This document shows positions 36,336 through 50,110 of a stretch of 64,000 nt of DNA, piece by piece (position 1 is the stretch's first letter; the number at the start of each line of letters is the position of its first letter). Source of the DNA: Centroscyllium fabricii (lineage: Eukaryota); assembly GCA_051313645.2 (NCBI GenBank), contig JBNRSN020000005.1:117614001-117678000 (forward strand), in the 5' to 3' direction. The notes below the pieces were generated by a model. The model was given only the letters and a program-made list of their open reading frames with translations, was not told where the DNA came from and ran no database searches. Position numbers and translations under genes: made by a program.

Positions 36336-36699
36336 GGAAACAAAATTAGAAATGTTACTGTGTGGAGCTCCAACGCTACATCACTGTGACACCCTCCTAA
36401 GCTGAAAGGTTTGATTCTGTGTATTAGCAGTAACAGTGATGCAGAGTGCAGTCCGTGCTCCGAGCCGTGTACAATTGATTCTTTTATTGCAAAACACAGC
36501 TTTGATTCAATTAATATTCAAAAGCTAAATCGAATGTGATTTTGCTGTGCTTATGCATCACTGTGCTGGTTTTACATCAGTGCCCAGAAGGAAATAGTTT
36601 CATAAGCCATGAGAAGGTTAAAGGAAACTTTTCTTTCCCTGCTGTGGAACTAACACACAGTTGGATTATTTTAAAAACTTACTTTGTTTAAAAGCAATT

Positions 36700-37055
36700 T
36701 TCAGCCCTTTTCCTTTCTTGAAGGCACTGACTCTGGCCAGGGTATAGTTCCTTGGCTGCTAATCACACTTTGGTACTTTGCCCTAGTGGCAGTTGTTGTC
36801 GTATGAGCATGGACAGCAAGGGTCACTAGGCTATTTCATCCAATTCTACACATGCACACATTTCCAGCAGAGGTCAATGGATAGTGATCAAGAGCAATAA
36901 CCCTGGCTGATTCGCCCTTCCATGGGTCAGGAGCACTGAGGCCAATTGTAGCCGACTATCATCCTGGCTGAGATCCGGCTAAGTCAGTGCACACCAGGAA
37001 TTGAACCTAGGAACTTTGGATTTGTATGGCTCACTACGTTACCAACTGAGCTTTA
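36700..37055 (-). mobile_element. Old tRNA-derived SINE, family uncertain
   Basis: B-box-like GGTTCAATTCC on the minus strand; body homologous to 49890-50110 in the opposite orientation. Confidence 0.55.
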
Positions 37056-39012
37056 TGGGTCAGCAAAGGATTAGTGCAAAGTTATATTAAGGGTATTGAC
37101 TTATTATTTAGTGTACGCTAAACAAATATTTCTTATGCTGCACTAAGGTGCAAAAAAAGAGGTGGGGCATTAAACGGGGCCACTCCTAAAATATAATAAA
37201 ATGGCTCTGTTACAAATATTAAGGGTGAATTTCAGCAGGCGTACATCATTTTTTTCAGGGTTTCCACAGCTCTTCCATCAAAGTTACAGTGGATAAGTCG
37301 GAGAATTCCTGTGGAAATTTAATTCCAAATTGCCACCAACAGCAAAAGAAACAGAGAATAGCACTTGCTTGCTATAAAATTATATTTGGGTAGTAGATAA
37401 TGCCACAAACATAAATTCATGCCATCAAGAAAATCTAGCCCTGTATGCAAGGACAGAAAAATAATGGGTTGTCAAAAGGGTTGTTAATTTGACAACCTCA
37501 AAGCCAACGCCCTTAAGTGTAATTCTGGATAATTTTCTTATTCTATTGTATATCAGTACACCAGCTCAATGATTAAAACCATTGCACCAATATCAACAGG
37601 CCAAGCAGTTTGCCTAATCTGTGTTAAATCTTACTGATGCAATACTAAGAGAAAGAGATTCAAATAAATAACAGAGAAAGCATTTTATTTGAATTTATTT
37701 TAAGTCACATCCCAAAATTATTCTGGTCTGGCTCTTGTGAATTAATTGGCTGTCGTGGTGGGACAAGTAATTGTACTACACAGCACAAGCCATTCAGAGC
37801 ACTCCTGGAAAGCTCCAGTAAGCTTCTAGTGTTAGCAGCCATCAAGGATTTCACAGGTCAGGCATTCGATCGATACAGCTAAAAGCAGCAGGGACTATAA
37901 TGTCGACAGTCGACTTCAGAAAATGCTGTAAGTGCCAGCTTGCTCCCTCTCGCACAGCCGCTGAAGACAGCTTAATTAACCCTTGGAAAATACAATTTAT
38001 CCAGAGGCTCCACAGGGCTGTAGTAGTAGGCCTTATTGGTGGACTGATGGCTTGGAGATCTGGCAGGTCTGAATTCCCCACTTCCTCCTTTAACAGGTTA
38101 CAGTTGAGATGCAAAAACTTGTTTTCAGTTTGCGCGTCCATTGCCTCCTGTAGAGAGTGTTACTGGAAGCCACAGGGGAAAGTATTTTGTAAGATTTCAC
38201 ATGTGATGTCTGCAGGAGTCTGGCCCAGCAGGTGCATTGATCACTCATGTCCTGGGCTGTGTGTGAGTGAATGCCATTTCCCACTGTTCCAATATTCCTT
38301 TGCTCTCCCCTTCCTGAGATGCTCCCTTGTTAGTTGTCTATTTTTACTGTCTGTTAATACCCTGCACACAACTAAGGCAGAGACAAGGTCGGGGGTTTGG
38401 CAAACCACATTTCACTGAGAAAAATAATCTTTTCTGACTGGATTCCCTATATTATAAACATTTTAATGCTGTGAGGCAGCGAGTGACTTTTATTGTGTAG
38501 ATGGTACATTCATTAGAAGGTTTTTCTGTTTAGCCAGAACAGCAGATGGCGATTCCTACAGTATCCACTCATTAATGTCAGACATTATTTTGTCAGAAAT
38601 GAAATGTCGTTGAAACAACAGAGGATGGCTGAAAGGAAAACCAGAGAATGCGTTCTTTTTCTGTGAAGATTTACATCCTTAATGAATTTCAATAAATGTC
38701 TAACTATTGTAGCAGATTGTTTACAAAGTCTTATTTGGCAGAGTTACAAAACTAAGACACTAGGGAATCAGGGATTTTCAAACTTATATACAATACAATC
38801 GGATATTTAAAGTATAACTCTGCCAACTGCTGAACTGTACAGGACTGAACAACCTGCAATCACTTTATTCATATTATTTCCTTTTTTCCTATTCAAAATA
38901 ATAGATTTTCAGCTCAAGTTCCTCTTACTTTGGAAGTGTACGATCACTCCATAACGCCTGAGAATGTGGCAGCATAAAGTTTAATTCTTTTGCTACATGA
39001 AAAAAAGTCTCT

Positions 39013-39198
39013 GGGTTGGATTTTCGTCTTCATTGCCCGGTCGATAATTTGGCAGAGCAGATCGCATGCCCTCTATAGAGCCTGCTTAATTTTCATTCTG
39101 TTGATTTCAATGGAATGATAATTGAGCAAGTTTTATGATGGATGGGAGATCCACTGCACCAAATTACTGCCTAGGTGGTGAAGATGAAATTCTACCCC
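39013..39198. mobile_element. Palindromic MITE (Harbinger-like)
   Basis: GGGTTGGATTTTCGTCTTCA / TGAAGATGAAATTCTACCC; TCT TSD; central CATTC..GAATG hairpin. Confidence 0.75.
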
Positions 39199-39204
39199 TC
39201 TTTA

Positions 39205-39888
39205 TTCTGAGTCCCATCCCTCTTCCCAGATGTCCACTCATGCTCAATTCCATGGTATGTAATATTAACATCCTGCTTGACCCTGAGCTGAGCTACAAAC
39301 CTCACCTCCAGTCCATCATCAAAATGGGCAAATTTCAGCTCTGAAATATCACCCTCACTGAAACCCTATTTATGCCTTCACTGCATCTAGATGCAATATT
39401 CACAAATCTTGCTTTACTGGTCTCTTGAGCTACCCCCTATATGAGGCCCAACTGACCCAAATGCGGTCACCTGCATCCAATCCCACATTAAAATCATACC
39501 TAGCTATTCCTCCAACCCTTGTTGAATTCCATTGGCACTCCAATCCTCAGTGCATCCTTGTCTTCAAATCCTTCCACAGCCTTGTCGCTTCCTACGATGC
39601 AACCTCCTCCAGTCTGACATCCCTGCCTGCATCACCTGCTCTTTCAACTCTGGTCTACTGTGTGTTCCCCCTTCACTCATTGGCAGAGCCATCAGCCATT
39701 TTGACTCTGGAACTCCCTCCCTAAACCCCTCCTCTTTGCAACATCTCTCCACGCCTACAAATACCTCCTTAAAATATACTTCTTCAACGGTCCCTCCTCA
39801 AAAGTCCCCCTGCCAAGATCCAATGATCACTATGAAGCATCTTGAGACATCTCACCATGTCAAAGGTGCTACATAAATGCAAGTTGTC
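39205..39888 (+). mobile_element. Degenerate L2 LINE 3' part
   Basis: VCNINILLDPELSYKPHLQSIIK..FQL*NI resembles L2 VRNLGV..D..LSF..HI..I...YFHLRNI; L2-type tail. Confidence 0.7.
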
Positions 39889-42111
39889 TTTGAGGAGTAA
39901 AGCACTGCTCTCCATTAAATATTTTCTATTTATTAATACCTTGCCCACTACTGTCCCACGTCACACTGGTTCCCCCTTCAACCAGGAAAGCTGGTTAGAG
40001 TACGCAGTCCACCATGGTACTGTCAGAATTACTCTGTACTTGGTCAAAAGGAGGAGCACTTCCAGCAGTTTCTCCTTCCTCTTTGATGCTGAACCATTTA
40101 TACAAACCCATTGCGAATAATCATGCACTTTTTCCATCATAGAAGTCTGTGGTGTCAATTATATTGTCACTACACAAAGGTATTAGTCAATTCAAATGAA
40201 ATGGGAATTTATGGCATCTTCAAATGAAAATCACACATTTTGTTGTACTGGGGTGAAAGGGTGTTAAAGGCAATAATCTAGACTCAGAGTTCAGGTAAAC
40301 AAATATTATTTGAATCCCTAAGTTTTGCATTTCTCTTGTAGCTATCTATTACCTATGCTTTAACACATTATTGTATAACATTTAAAATGCCAAAGGTGGT
40401 AAATGTGCTCACTTCAGTTTTGCTGGGATTTAAGTTTGCAGTGCATGTGAGGAAATGGACACCATGCCCCACATGGGCACATTGGGGATTTTCCACCCAA
40501 TCCAATTAATTTGTATAATTTCAACTACCATTGATGTTGTTGATTAATGTACAAGAATTTACAAATATACTTCTATATTTCTCTTTATTAGAATGATATA
40601 ATAATGGCTTTGTAAAGAATTTAAGATTCTTTTATCATGGATCAAAACTATTTTGAGGTTAACGTACATGTTATCTAAAATTGTCTTGAGAATTGGATCG
40701 AGAAAATAAAGGCATTCTCGTGTACATTGCACTTGTTTACTTTTTGTTCTGCAACAGCAGGGGATTGAAGAGTACTAAAATGATGATGATTACTGGTATT
40801 AGACATATCAAAAGTTAAAGAATGAAATCAAAATTGATAAGCAATAATTTCTGTATACTTTTCTTTCAACAAGACAATATTGCTCTTCAATTTCTCAATA
40901 GGAATTTGATTATTGGACTGATTGTTGAGTGAAGAATGGCAAAAGCGGTTAATTGGTTGAAAGATAAATATTAGCATTATTTTTCAGTAAGTTTAAAGTG
41001 TTTACCTTGCAGAGTTAAAGGCTCAGATGTCATAAACAGCAAAGCTCAAGCAACTAGCAGCTTTCACAGTTTAACATTTCTGTGGTTTTTTAATCTAAAT
41101 GTCTAAGCAAATCTCTTGCGAAGTAAAGACAATTAGTAAAAAGAGTAGAACCATATTTTTGGAATTAATGGGGCCGATTTTAACTGTAGTCACCTGGCTT
41201 AAGTTGGATAGTAACGGCATGAAAATGGTGTCAGGTCACTTACAATCCCAATTATGCTGGTGCTCTGGTCACCTCCATCTTGGTAAGGGCCCTCCTGTTT
41301 CAAGTGAGCGGTCACTTTTAATACGCAAATCAGAGTTCTGAGAACACAGGACCACTGAATATTCCCTTTTATCTTGAAACATGAGCATCCTTTACCAGCA
41401 TGGTGTATTGAATACATGGTAAAAATCCATCTACAAAATATAGAGATTACTCATCCAGATATTTGGATATTCAAGGACCGAATCTGAAAAGAGTAGGAAG
41501 GCTTGCTCAACAGGAGCACAGGTCAGAGATATGGAGTCAACATTGCCAAGTGAGGCTTCCCACTGGAAGCACAAAATAGCAGTAATAGAAACAATTTCTC
41601 ACACAGTGCTATAGGTTCATCTTGTATAAAATACTCTGGGCACAAAATTCGGATCGGTAGCGCCAGTTGTTTGGGTGCTACAGGTGCTAAAATGACATCT
41701 GATACGTGCACACACACTTATGAGGAAAATCGCTCCAGACGCCATATTGGTGAGACCGTTAGTGCATGTGCAATGAATGTCTGCCAGACGTGCGTGGAGC
41801 AGGCAGATCGTGATGTCTGTCAGCGCGCAATGCTGATTTGATGCCTGTGGTGCCATTTTGGAGCTCAAACCTTGCACAGCTGAACACGCGTTCAGCAGCA
41901 GGAAGGATCGCCAGCGCCATTTAAAGGGATCATCAACTACTTTCAGCTTAGTTGCTGCTTGAAATCTTCTGGCTGTTGCTACGATTCTACAAGTGTTTGG
42001 TGCTTTCTATAGTTGCTTCAAGTTGCAAAAGTCGACAGGGAGTGTTGTAGTAAATGCTAAAGGACTTTTTCCTGACTTCAAGAATTCTGCACAAACCAGT
42101 TGCTGCCAGAC

Positions 42112-43970
42112 ATGGGAGCACTAGTAGGAATTCCACTTGGAATACAGCATGACTTGGAGAATGAACAGAGGCCACAAAGAGCAAGACATGCTGTGGGAAG
42201 AGGGAGGAGGAGGGTTAGAAGAGCTCTCAGCAGGAGGCCATATATGCCCAGGGTGTTCAGTCAGCAAATCTCCTACCTTAACCTCAGCGAGGAACAATGT
42301 GCAAGATGTTTGCGCTTCAATAAGGAGGTCCTCACTGAAAGCTGCCACCTGCAGCAATCACAATTCAACGTCGGAGCAGGGCAAGGACCACATTGCCAGT
42401 GGCTGTGAAGGTGACCGTGGCCATGAACTTTACTCAGCCGGACTCCTTCCAAGCTGGAGATAATTGAAATATCTCTCAGTTTTCCATCCTCTGTTGCATA
42501 AGGGAGGTCACTGAGGCTCTCTATTTGAAGAGAGCTGACTACATTTCATTCTCTCTTGCCAGAGACCAGCAGGTGGAGCGAGCACATGGCTTCAATTCAA
42601 TTCAATTCAAGTTTTATTGTCATTGCAGAGTACTAGTACAATACAACGAGATGAAGACTCAACGCTCCCGAGAGTAGTGCAAATAAATTACATGCAAATT
42701 GCATACAGTAAAGTACATTATCAGGCGTGCAGGTACCGGAGTTTATTTTTAGAGTTCAGGAGGCTGACAGCCCTGGGGAAGAAGCTGTTCTTAAATCTAG
42801 TCGTGCGGGTGCGAATTGATCTGTAGCGTCTCCCGGAGGGCAGGGGGGCGAACAGACTGTGGCTGGGGTGTGTGGGGTCTTTAATAATGTTCAGAGACCT
42901 CCGTAAGCAGCGTTTGAGGTAGATGCTTTCCATTGACGGTAGCTGGGTACCGGTGATTCGTTGGGCAGTTTTGACTACCCGCTGCAGGGTTTTCCGGTCC
43001 GAGATAGTGCAATTTCCATACCAGACAGTGATGCAGCTTGTCAGTATGCTTTCTATTGTGCAGCGGTAGAAGTTGGAGAGGATGCCGGATGACAGCCTGG
43101 CTTTCTTCAGCTTCCTTAGGAAGTACAGGCGCTGTTGGGCCGCCTTAACCAGAGAGGGGGTGTTTAGTGACCAGGAGAGATCTTCCGAGATGTGGACCCC
43201 GAAGAACTTGAAGCTGGACACCCTTTCCACCTCAGCCCCTTGGATGAAGATGGGGGTGTGTCTTCTGCTTCCAGTCCTCCGGAAGTCCACTATGATCTCC
43301 TTAGTTTTCTTGGTGTTCAGTGCCAGGTTGTTGGTGTTCAGTGCCAGGCTTTTCTAGGATTGCAGGCTTCCTCATGGTGCAGGGTGCCATTGACTGCACT
43401 TTGTGGGTGCCACATGTCAACTCTGCCATATACTAGAACTGAAAGAGATTCCACTCCCTCAATGTCCAGCTGGTGTGTGACCATAGGCGGCGAATCATGC
43501 AGGTCAATGCCGGTATTCTGGCAGCAGTCATGATGCCTTCATTCTGCGGCAGTCCACTGTGCCAGCTGCATTTGAGCTACCACAGCAAACCAAAGGGTGG
43601 CTACTGGGCGACAAGAGCTATCCACTGACAACATGGCTCATGACTCAGGTGCACAACCCATGCACATATGCGCAGCATTCATATAATAAAGCCATGCCAT
43701 GAAATGTGATAGAGTAAACCATTGTGGTGTTGAAACAACGCATCCACTGCCTGGATCGCTCTGGAGGAACCCTGCTGTACTCGGCAGAGCGGATGTCAAA
43801 ATTCGTGGTGGTCTGCTGCATGCTGCACAACCTCGCCATCACGAGGGCTCAGCCCTTGCCACCAGCTATACGGCAAGGAGCTGTAGAGGAAGATGAGGAG
43901 GAGGCAACATAGACGGTCCTTTTCTGCCCGGGCTGTCCATGAAGAACTCATCCAGCTGTGATACCAGTAA
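42112..43970 (+). pseudogene. Harbinger DDE transposase (HARBI1-like), split by Rex1
   Basis: AGFLMVQGAIDCT, FHSLNVQLVCD, GSSHDAFIL, GWLLGDKSYPL, LKQRIHCLDRSGGTLLYS..CCMLHNLA; contains frameshifts and stops. Confidence 0.92.
42591..43348 (-). mobile_element. Rex1/Babar LINE, 5'-truncated, C-terminal ORF still open (42721-43290)
   Basis: VERVSSFKF.GVHISEDLSW..AQQRLYFLRKLKK..FYRCTIESILT.CITVWYG..LPSGRRYRSIRTRTTRFKNSFFP; (TTGAA)n tail; GGCTT at both junctions. Confidence 0.93.
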
Positions 43971-44152
43971 TCGCAATCCCAATTCCCCATTCACTAACAG
44001 TCCCACACCTTACCTCCCACTGTCACTAATGATCACAGTGTCTGCTTGGTCACAATGCAAAATTAAAACCACCACAAAATAAATATGCCAAACCAAATTT
44101 ATAATTCAAATCACGTCATATTGCATAAACTAATCATCCTTGGTGCATTCTC

Positions 44153-46010
44153 TTAGTGCCCGTCTTCCATGTGCCTTTGACTGTCCTACTTCTCCTACGC
44201 CATGCTACCCCAGTGGCTGCAGCATGGCTGGTGAAAGGCTGCTGACTTTCAGTGGAGGACATGGCAGATGGCCTTGGAGGACAACCTCAAGCAGCTCTGG
44301 AACTCGAAGGCCTGGCTGCAGACCATCTCGGCATGGGCAGAAGCAGTCTGGGCTGGCAGGCTGAACGGGCAACAGCAAGGGCATTCGTGGAGTGGCAGTG
44401 GTGGGTGGACAAATGATGTCTTCCTGAAAAGAGGACAGCAGGTTTGTGCTCCATGGAGCTACTGCCGCTCTTCCAGGGCAGAGCCACTGCCGCACCCCTG
44501 GGGCGGTGCCTCAAAAATTCTAATCTGTTGGAGGACAGATTGGTGTGACAGCTTGCAAGCCCCTTTGAATACTAATCTACATTCATGATGGCAGCAGTCT
44601 GAGCTTGCACGGCAGCAAGATTCCACTGCAGCACTCAGACATTGGGGGGCTGCTGTTTGTGCTGCAATGGAGGCTGAGACACGGCTATGAGATGGTGCAT
44701 CATGGTTGGGTTCACAAGTATGCTAATGAAGTTGGCCACCGTTTCCATATGCTGGAAATGAAGGGCTCTGCGCAAAGCCCTGTGCCAAGTTGGTGCTGGA
44801 CTCCTCTATGCTCCTTGAAATTGAACACAGGCTTTCTGGCAGGCTTCGCAATGCACCAAGCATTTTGTTGTGTGCACCCATCAGTCTTCTTCTGTAGCCT
44901 GGCCCATCGAAGTCATCATCTGAGTCCTCTGCAGCAGAGCTTGTGTGCGACCTCGCTTAGCTGCGAGCTGGCACTTGCTGCAATATCCTTGTGGCTGTAG
45001 GCCACTGTTGTCCGGTGTCTCACCACGTGCAGATCCCGCCTCCAGGCTATCCTCTAAATTACACGCAGTGTCAGTATCTGACCTGGTGGCTGCGAGTGTG
45101 AAATTGAGTGACATTGTGTCCTCATCATAACAGTCTTCTTGCTCTTCCACCATTGCCTGGGCAGGTTGCAATTCTTCGGTATCTGAAAGGAGAAAGACAC
45201 AAGGGTGAGGTTGCGGTGCGGGGGTGGGGGGATGGAAAAGTAAGAGCTACATGCTTACACCATCTGCAGCTTGTGAATCAGAAAAGATTGTGGGATGAGG
45301 GATAAGTGGGATGTGAGAAAGAGGATTAGGTGTGAGGATACCGTCATCTTATGGTTTCAGCCCCACCGCTGGTCACGGCCTCAGTAATGGCTGTTCCAAT
45401 AATGGGTAGCATCACCTCCTCCATGGGAGTTAAGACATGCAGGCGTTCAAGTCCGCCACTGGTTAGCTCCTAATTCCTCCGGTTGTGAGCCACCTTGTCC
45501 TACAAGAGAGAGGGAAGTGTGTCAGTGAGTGTGATGCAATCTGTTTTGGTAATGTGGTTGTCATGGTTGAATAGCTGACAGTATGTGCAAGGTGTGAGAT
45601 GTGGGTGTAAGGCTTGCAGCAGTGCTAAGTGTGTAAGGGTGAGGTGCAGCTATAAATGTTACATATGAGCCCTGATTGATAGTGATTGTTGGTAGGTAAG
45701 TGCATTGAGCAGTGGCTGAGGCTAGTGGTGCAGTTGATGGGATATGGCATTTGACAATGTATTCAGTGGCCTTGACCACTCGTATGAGGTTACTGAACTT
45801 CTTGCGGCACTGCATCCAGGTCCTTGGGGCTTGGCTCCTGGCATTGACCTCCACAGCTATCTGCTCCCACTGCCTTCTAAACATGTATCTGGAGAGCCTT
45901 CTGGCCCCCTGCACATACAGGACATCTTTCCTCTTTTTCACCTCCTCCACCAAGGCCACAAGTGCAGCATCTGAAAACCTTGGAGCCTATTCTCTCCCAT
46001 GTTGTGCCAT
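44153..46010 (-). pseudogene. Harbinger Myb/SANT-like gene, 3 exons (46010-45771, 45499-45342, 45182-about 44153)
   Basis: MAQHGRE*APRFSDAALVALVEEV...WEQIAVEVNARSQAPRTWMQCRKKFSNL; acceptors CTCTTGTAG and CCTTTCAG; first donor reads GC. Confidence 0.85.
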
Positions 46011-47116
46011 TCTTTACTGTTTCCCAGGTCAGATTCACTTGCTGAATGACTTCCACCAACTGCTCTAGCCACAATGCACCACTCCTTTAAGAGATGCAGG
46101 CTAGCTTTAAGCAGTGCAGGCTAGCTTTAACTGGTGCTAGCAAGAAACAATTTTGGGCTCCCTGCTGATCTGTGTAGCCAATCAACAGTGCGGTTAGCGC
46201 TGGCTGCACGCTGAAATCATTGAAATGGGCAGGTAGCACAAAGTTGGTGTGCTGCCTGCATTACATTGAACGGGTGTGGATTAATCGTGCATCGCAATCC
46301 CCGTGCCCGTTTGCAATTTAGCCCCCAAAATGTTATTTCGCCAGATTCTTAGTTTCTTCCTGTTTTATCCTCATGCTATAATCGGTAAAAAAAAACTCAA
46401 ATATTCCCTAGCATTTTTATTATATTAGCTAGCAATTGTGTCAAAGTTGCAGACAAATTATGGCCTGTCAGTGTGATTATCATAAAAGTTCAAACTTCTG
46501 TGCACATCTACTGCCATTTTAACACTCTGCCTACTATGCAAATTCAGCAAAAGCTGATGATATTAGATTTCCTGCAACAACTTTAATTCAAGCACTAACT
46601 TAGGGAGAAATTTCAATTAAGTCTAAAGTACTGCTCTAACCTTGAATATCTGTATGAATGGGTGATTACCAATAATTCACCAACTTTCTTCATTAAAACA
46701 CAAGTGGTCAGGTGGTTTTGCACTAGCAGATTCTCCATGGCACATCCACAGCAAAGAAAGAAAGTGTCTTTCACATCCATAGGATGTCCCAATGTGCTTC
46801 ACAACCAAAGATAATTTGCCTAACTTCTTAATAGGATTTGAACTCATGACTTTCGGATCGAGCAGCGAGAATGCTATCTACTGAGTCAAGCTGACACCTG
46901 GAGTAACATGGCATCTGGAGCATGAGTATGAAGTTTAGATTCTAACCTGGACTGGCCCTTTAAGACCACTGTGAGAATCCAGGTAATGTAAATTTCTAGG
47001 TCAATTAGAAGTCAGTAAATTACTCACAAATTTCAGGTTGCAGGTCAGAAGAACCCAGGATGAAATGCTTGGCTTTGTTTCTCTTTCTGCAAAATTGTTT
47101 TGCATCTGTAACAAAA

Positions 47117-48854
47117 GGGGGAATATTCCAGGTGGGTCAGCAGGTGGGATTGGTGGCAGGCCAGGTGGAAAAATGTTTTTTTTTCACAACGGACCAGGAC
47201 CCCACTGTCAACCCATCACTATGCACCTTTCCCAAAAGTTGGGTTTGTCAGCACTGAGCAGACCCGACACGCAGCGGTGGGGGAGGGAATTAAGGTCATT
47301 ATGACCTTGTTAACAGAGCATTATGAACTATTTTCAGCTCACCTTCAGAGTTTACCAGGTCGCCCGTGGGGTCTGCGCTGCTCGGGTATCATGTGAGGTA
47401 AGCAGGGCAGGAGTTGAAAGGTCATGGAATCATCTGCATTACTTGACAGCTGAAAATGTGCTATAAAAGCTCCCATCTCTCAGCTGTTCACTTTCCAAGC
47501 TCAGAAGCTGTTGCTTACTGCATTTGGAAGACAGATTGAGCTTTATGCAGGTTGCAAGTGTTTGGAGCAAACTCTCTATCCAGTGTCACCTCATTGGAAC
47601 AATCTCTCTCACCACTGACAGATTGTTTCCGTCATCTCAAGTTCACCTGCCATCTATTACATCAGAATGGGTACGGTTTATACTGTCTCAGCTTGGTCCT
47701 CAGAATCCCACCACAATCAGCCCCAACACCAGGCACAGCAGCAGCACCAACAACAACACCAACCTGCGCCACAATTAACTGATGCTGCACAGGACACGCG
47801 GCATCAGCACCCGACCACATTGCTGCCTGGGACACCAGGGATGGCCTCATCATGGCCAGATTTACTTCACTTGGCGCTGTACACCCTGGCTGCCACATTA
47901 TGTGCCAGGTTGGCACCACCCCACACCAACACCATAAAGCATCCCTACAATGCCCAAGCCATTCCTTTCACACTCATCACCATTGCAGGGGGTACCATGA
48001 TGTCTCACCATTCACTGCAACTTACTAAGCAACTTCCAAAAGGTGCACACAAATCTGTCCAAGAATGCAAAGTGTTCAAAATAAAGGTTTCAATGTTTGA
48101 CAACACATTAACAGAAACTTTACATGAACATTGCCTAAAACACCCAAGTGCCAATCCTTGTGTGTTGGTAGTTGGTATGATTGCACTAGGATGAGGGTGA
48201 GTATGAGGGGTGGCTAGTGAGATGGGGATGTGAAAATGTAGATAGAGAAAGATGGGTGGAGGTGCACGGTGTGAATAAGGATGTGCGGGAGTAGGGTAGG
48301 GAATGCAGAGTGATGGGAATGTGATGAGTGGTACAGCAGGATGAGGTTGAGTCTGGTTTTGTACAAACATTTTGTGATCTACTGAGTTTATTGAAAGGTT
48401 TGCGCCATTGCAGCCTGGTTCTCCTGACGATATCCTTACTTGTGTCCTCCTGTGCAACCAGGCTGCGTTGGTCTCCTGGGGAGGTCTCTTCCGCCCATTG
48501 GAAGGGATGTGAACCTCTCTGTGTGCTGTGACTCCTTCCATAAGCATATGAAGACAGTCATGGGAGAGACTGGGTGCCATGGTTGTCAGTGTTTGTAGCA
48601 CCTCGATGCTGTAGAACACGGACAGCACAAAATGGCAAAATAAATTTGCGCATGGTCCCTTTAAGGAAACCAGCTGATGACGCGTCAAGTGATGTCATCA
48701 GACCCACTTCCTTCAATTGGCTGGCAAATGCGCTGGGTGGGCTGAACAAGCCCAATCGGGGGAAATCATTTTGGACAGTGGGCTGGAGCTGGCAGTGAGA
48801 CCTGCCACCAATGTCACCCGCCATAGACCTACCGATGTTGGTAAAATCCAGCCC
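47117..48854. mobile_element. Harbinger deletion derivative with Myb exon 1 remnant (minus, about 48350-48580)
   Basis: Ends GGGGGAATATT / AAAATCCAGCCC with AAA TSD; MAPSLSHDCLHMLMEGVTAHREVHIPSNGRKRPPQETNAAW. Confidence 0.75.
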
Positions 48855-48892
48855 AAAGTATGGCATCTGGAGTGCAACGCATGCACACTAAG

Positions 48893-49527
48893 AGGTCAAT
48901 CTTCATTATCAGCAGATATCGGGTAGGTGGTAGGCACCACCCACCTGATGTTCTTGGCATGAGGCCCAAGCTATTTTGATAGTTGGGCCTCATTCGCATC
49001 TGATTGGCAAGGTGCCAGCATTGGCCCTACGCTCACATGCAGCTCGCCGATCGGTGGGGGAAATCCAGTGATCCCGCCATGGTGCCAAGATAGGGGTCAA
49101 GACTTAAAGTGGGGGCAAGACTTAAAGTGGGGGCAAGCAATCTGGGTAGAGGGTGGGGGGCATGAAAGGACCGCAGTGGGTAGGAAGGTTTTTGAGGGAC
49201 CAGGAGGAGAATTCATGCTTCTCCTGTTTCCACAAAAATCATTCTGAAAACTCACCGTTGATGTTTCAGGAGCGGCCAGCAGCAGTCCCTTTAAGGTTAG
49301 GCTGCTCTACACCTAGTACCAATAGGCTGAATATGCGTAGCTCACACTCCACCCATTGGTAGCTGTAAATTGTATGTCATAGAGCCCTCATTTGTGTGCC
49401 TTAACGAGGAGCCCAGCTGAAGCAGGCATGTGCTCTGTGGGCAGAATGGGAGCAGGAAAGTTCAGCATCACATTTTTTGGAGCATTACCATCCTGTTCCC
49501 GCCTGGCGGAGGCAGTGAAAATTGGCC
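48893..49527. mobile_element. Old Harbinger-type MITE
   Basis: GGTCAATCTTCA / TGAAAATTGGCC ends; internal GGGG.CAAGACTTAAAGT tandem. Confidence 0.5.
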
Positions 49528-49889
49528 ACTAGATATTGAGCTCCCACTGAGATACTATGACCTTACAAGGTGGCTATACATTTTTTATAAATCATAAGTA
49601 ATCACCTAGCTCCAAGTGTAAGTGACTAAGGACATCTCCATAATGCTGGCTAGTAATAAAGCACCAACTGTCTTTGATACTACTCCTTGAGGTATTCTTT
49701 AATTAATGATAAATAATATTATTCGACAGAAGTCAGGTGCTGGAGGCAATCTAAACCCTCTTGCCTAAAATCCTTGAAAATTGACCCTCAACTACCACTT
49801 GTATAGAGGACTGTTCTACTGAGACTCTCCGGCAGAAAAGACATTTCAATTGGTGGACTTTATACCAGGAATTGGAACAATCAGGAAAA

Positions 49890-50110
49890 ACCCAGGTTAA
49901 CTGATCTCAGCTGGCATAGTAATTGGCGTGTTACAATCAACTTCATGCAACAGAAAAATCAGGTAAGACTCCCATTCTGAATCATTATCCAGTGATATGT
50001 AAAATTATATAGACATTGGGCGAGGACAGGATCACAGTCAGTTATATTGCCCTCAATAGTTGATAACCTGACAACACTCACAGTCTAGGCATAAACTAGC
50101 ACCATCAGGC
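49890..50110 (+). mobile_element. Old SINE body, same family as 36700-37055
   Basis: TTAACTGATCTCAGCTGG..GAAAAATCAG..TGAATCATTATCCAGTGA..GAGGACAGGATC. Confidence 0.5.

Larger units (their letters stand above)
41638..46326. mobile_element. Near-complete, decayed autonomous-type Harbinger transposon (convergent transposase and Myb-like genes)
   Basis: G-rich ends GGGCACAAAATT / AATTTAGCCCCC (TSD not recognisable); both genes present. Confidence 0.85.

Noticed and set aside
37900-38418. 172-aa ORF in unique DNA
   Set aside because: No recognisable domain or exon structure; composition looks like translated non-coding DNA.
39966-39990. CTGGTTCCCCCTTCAACCAG resembles miR-133
   Set aside because: Mismatches in the seed region and no complementary 5' arm for a pre-miRNA.
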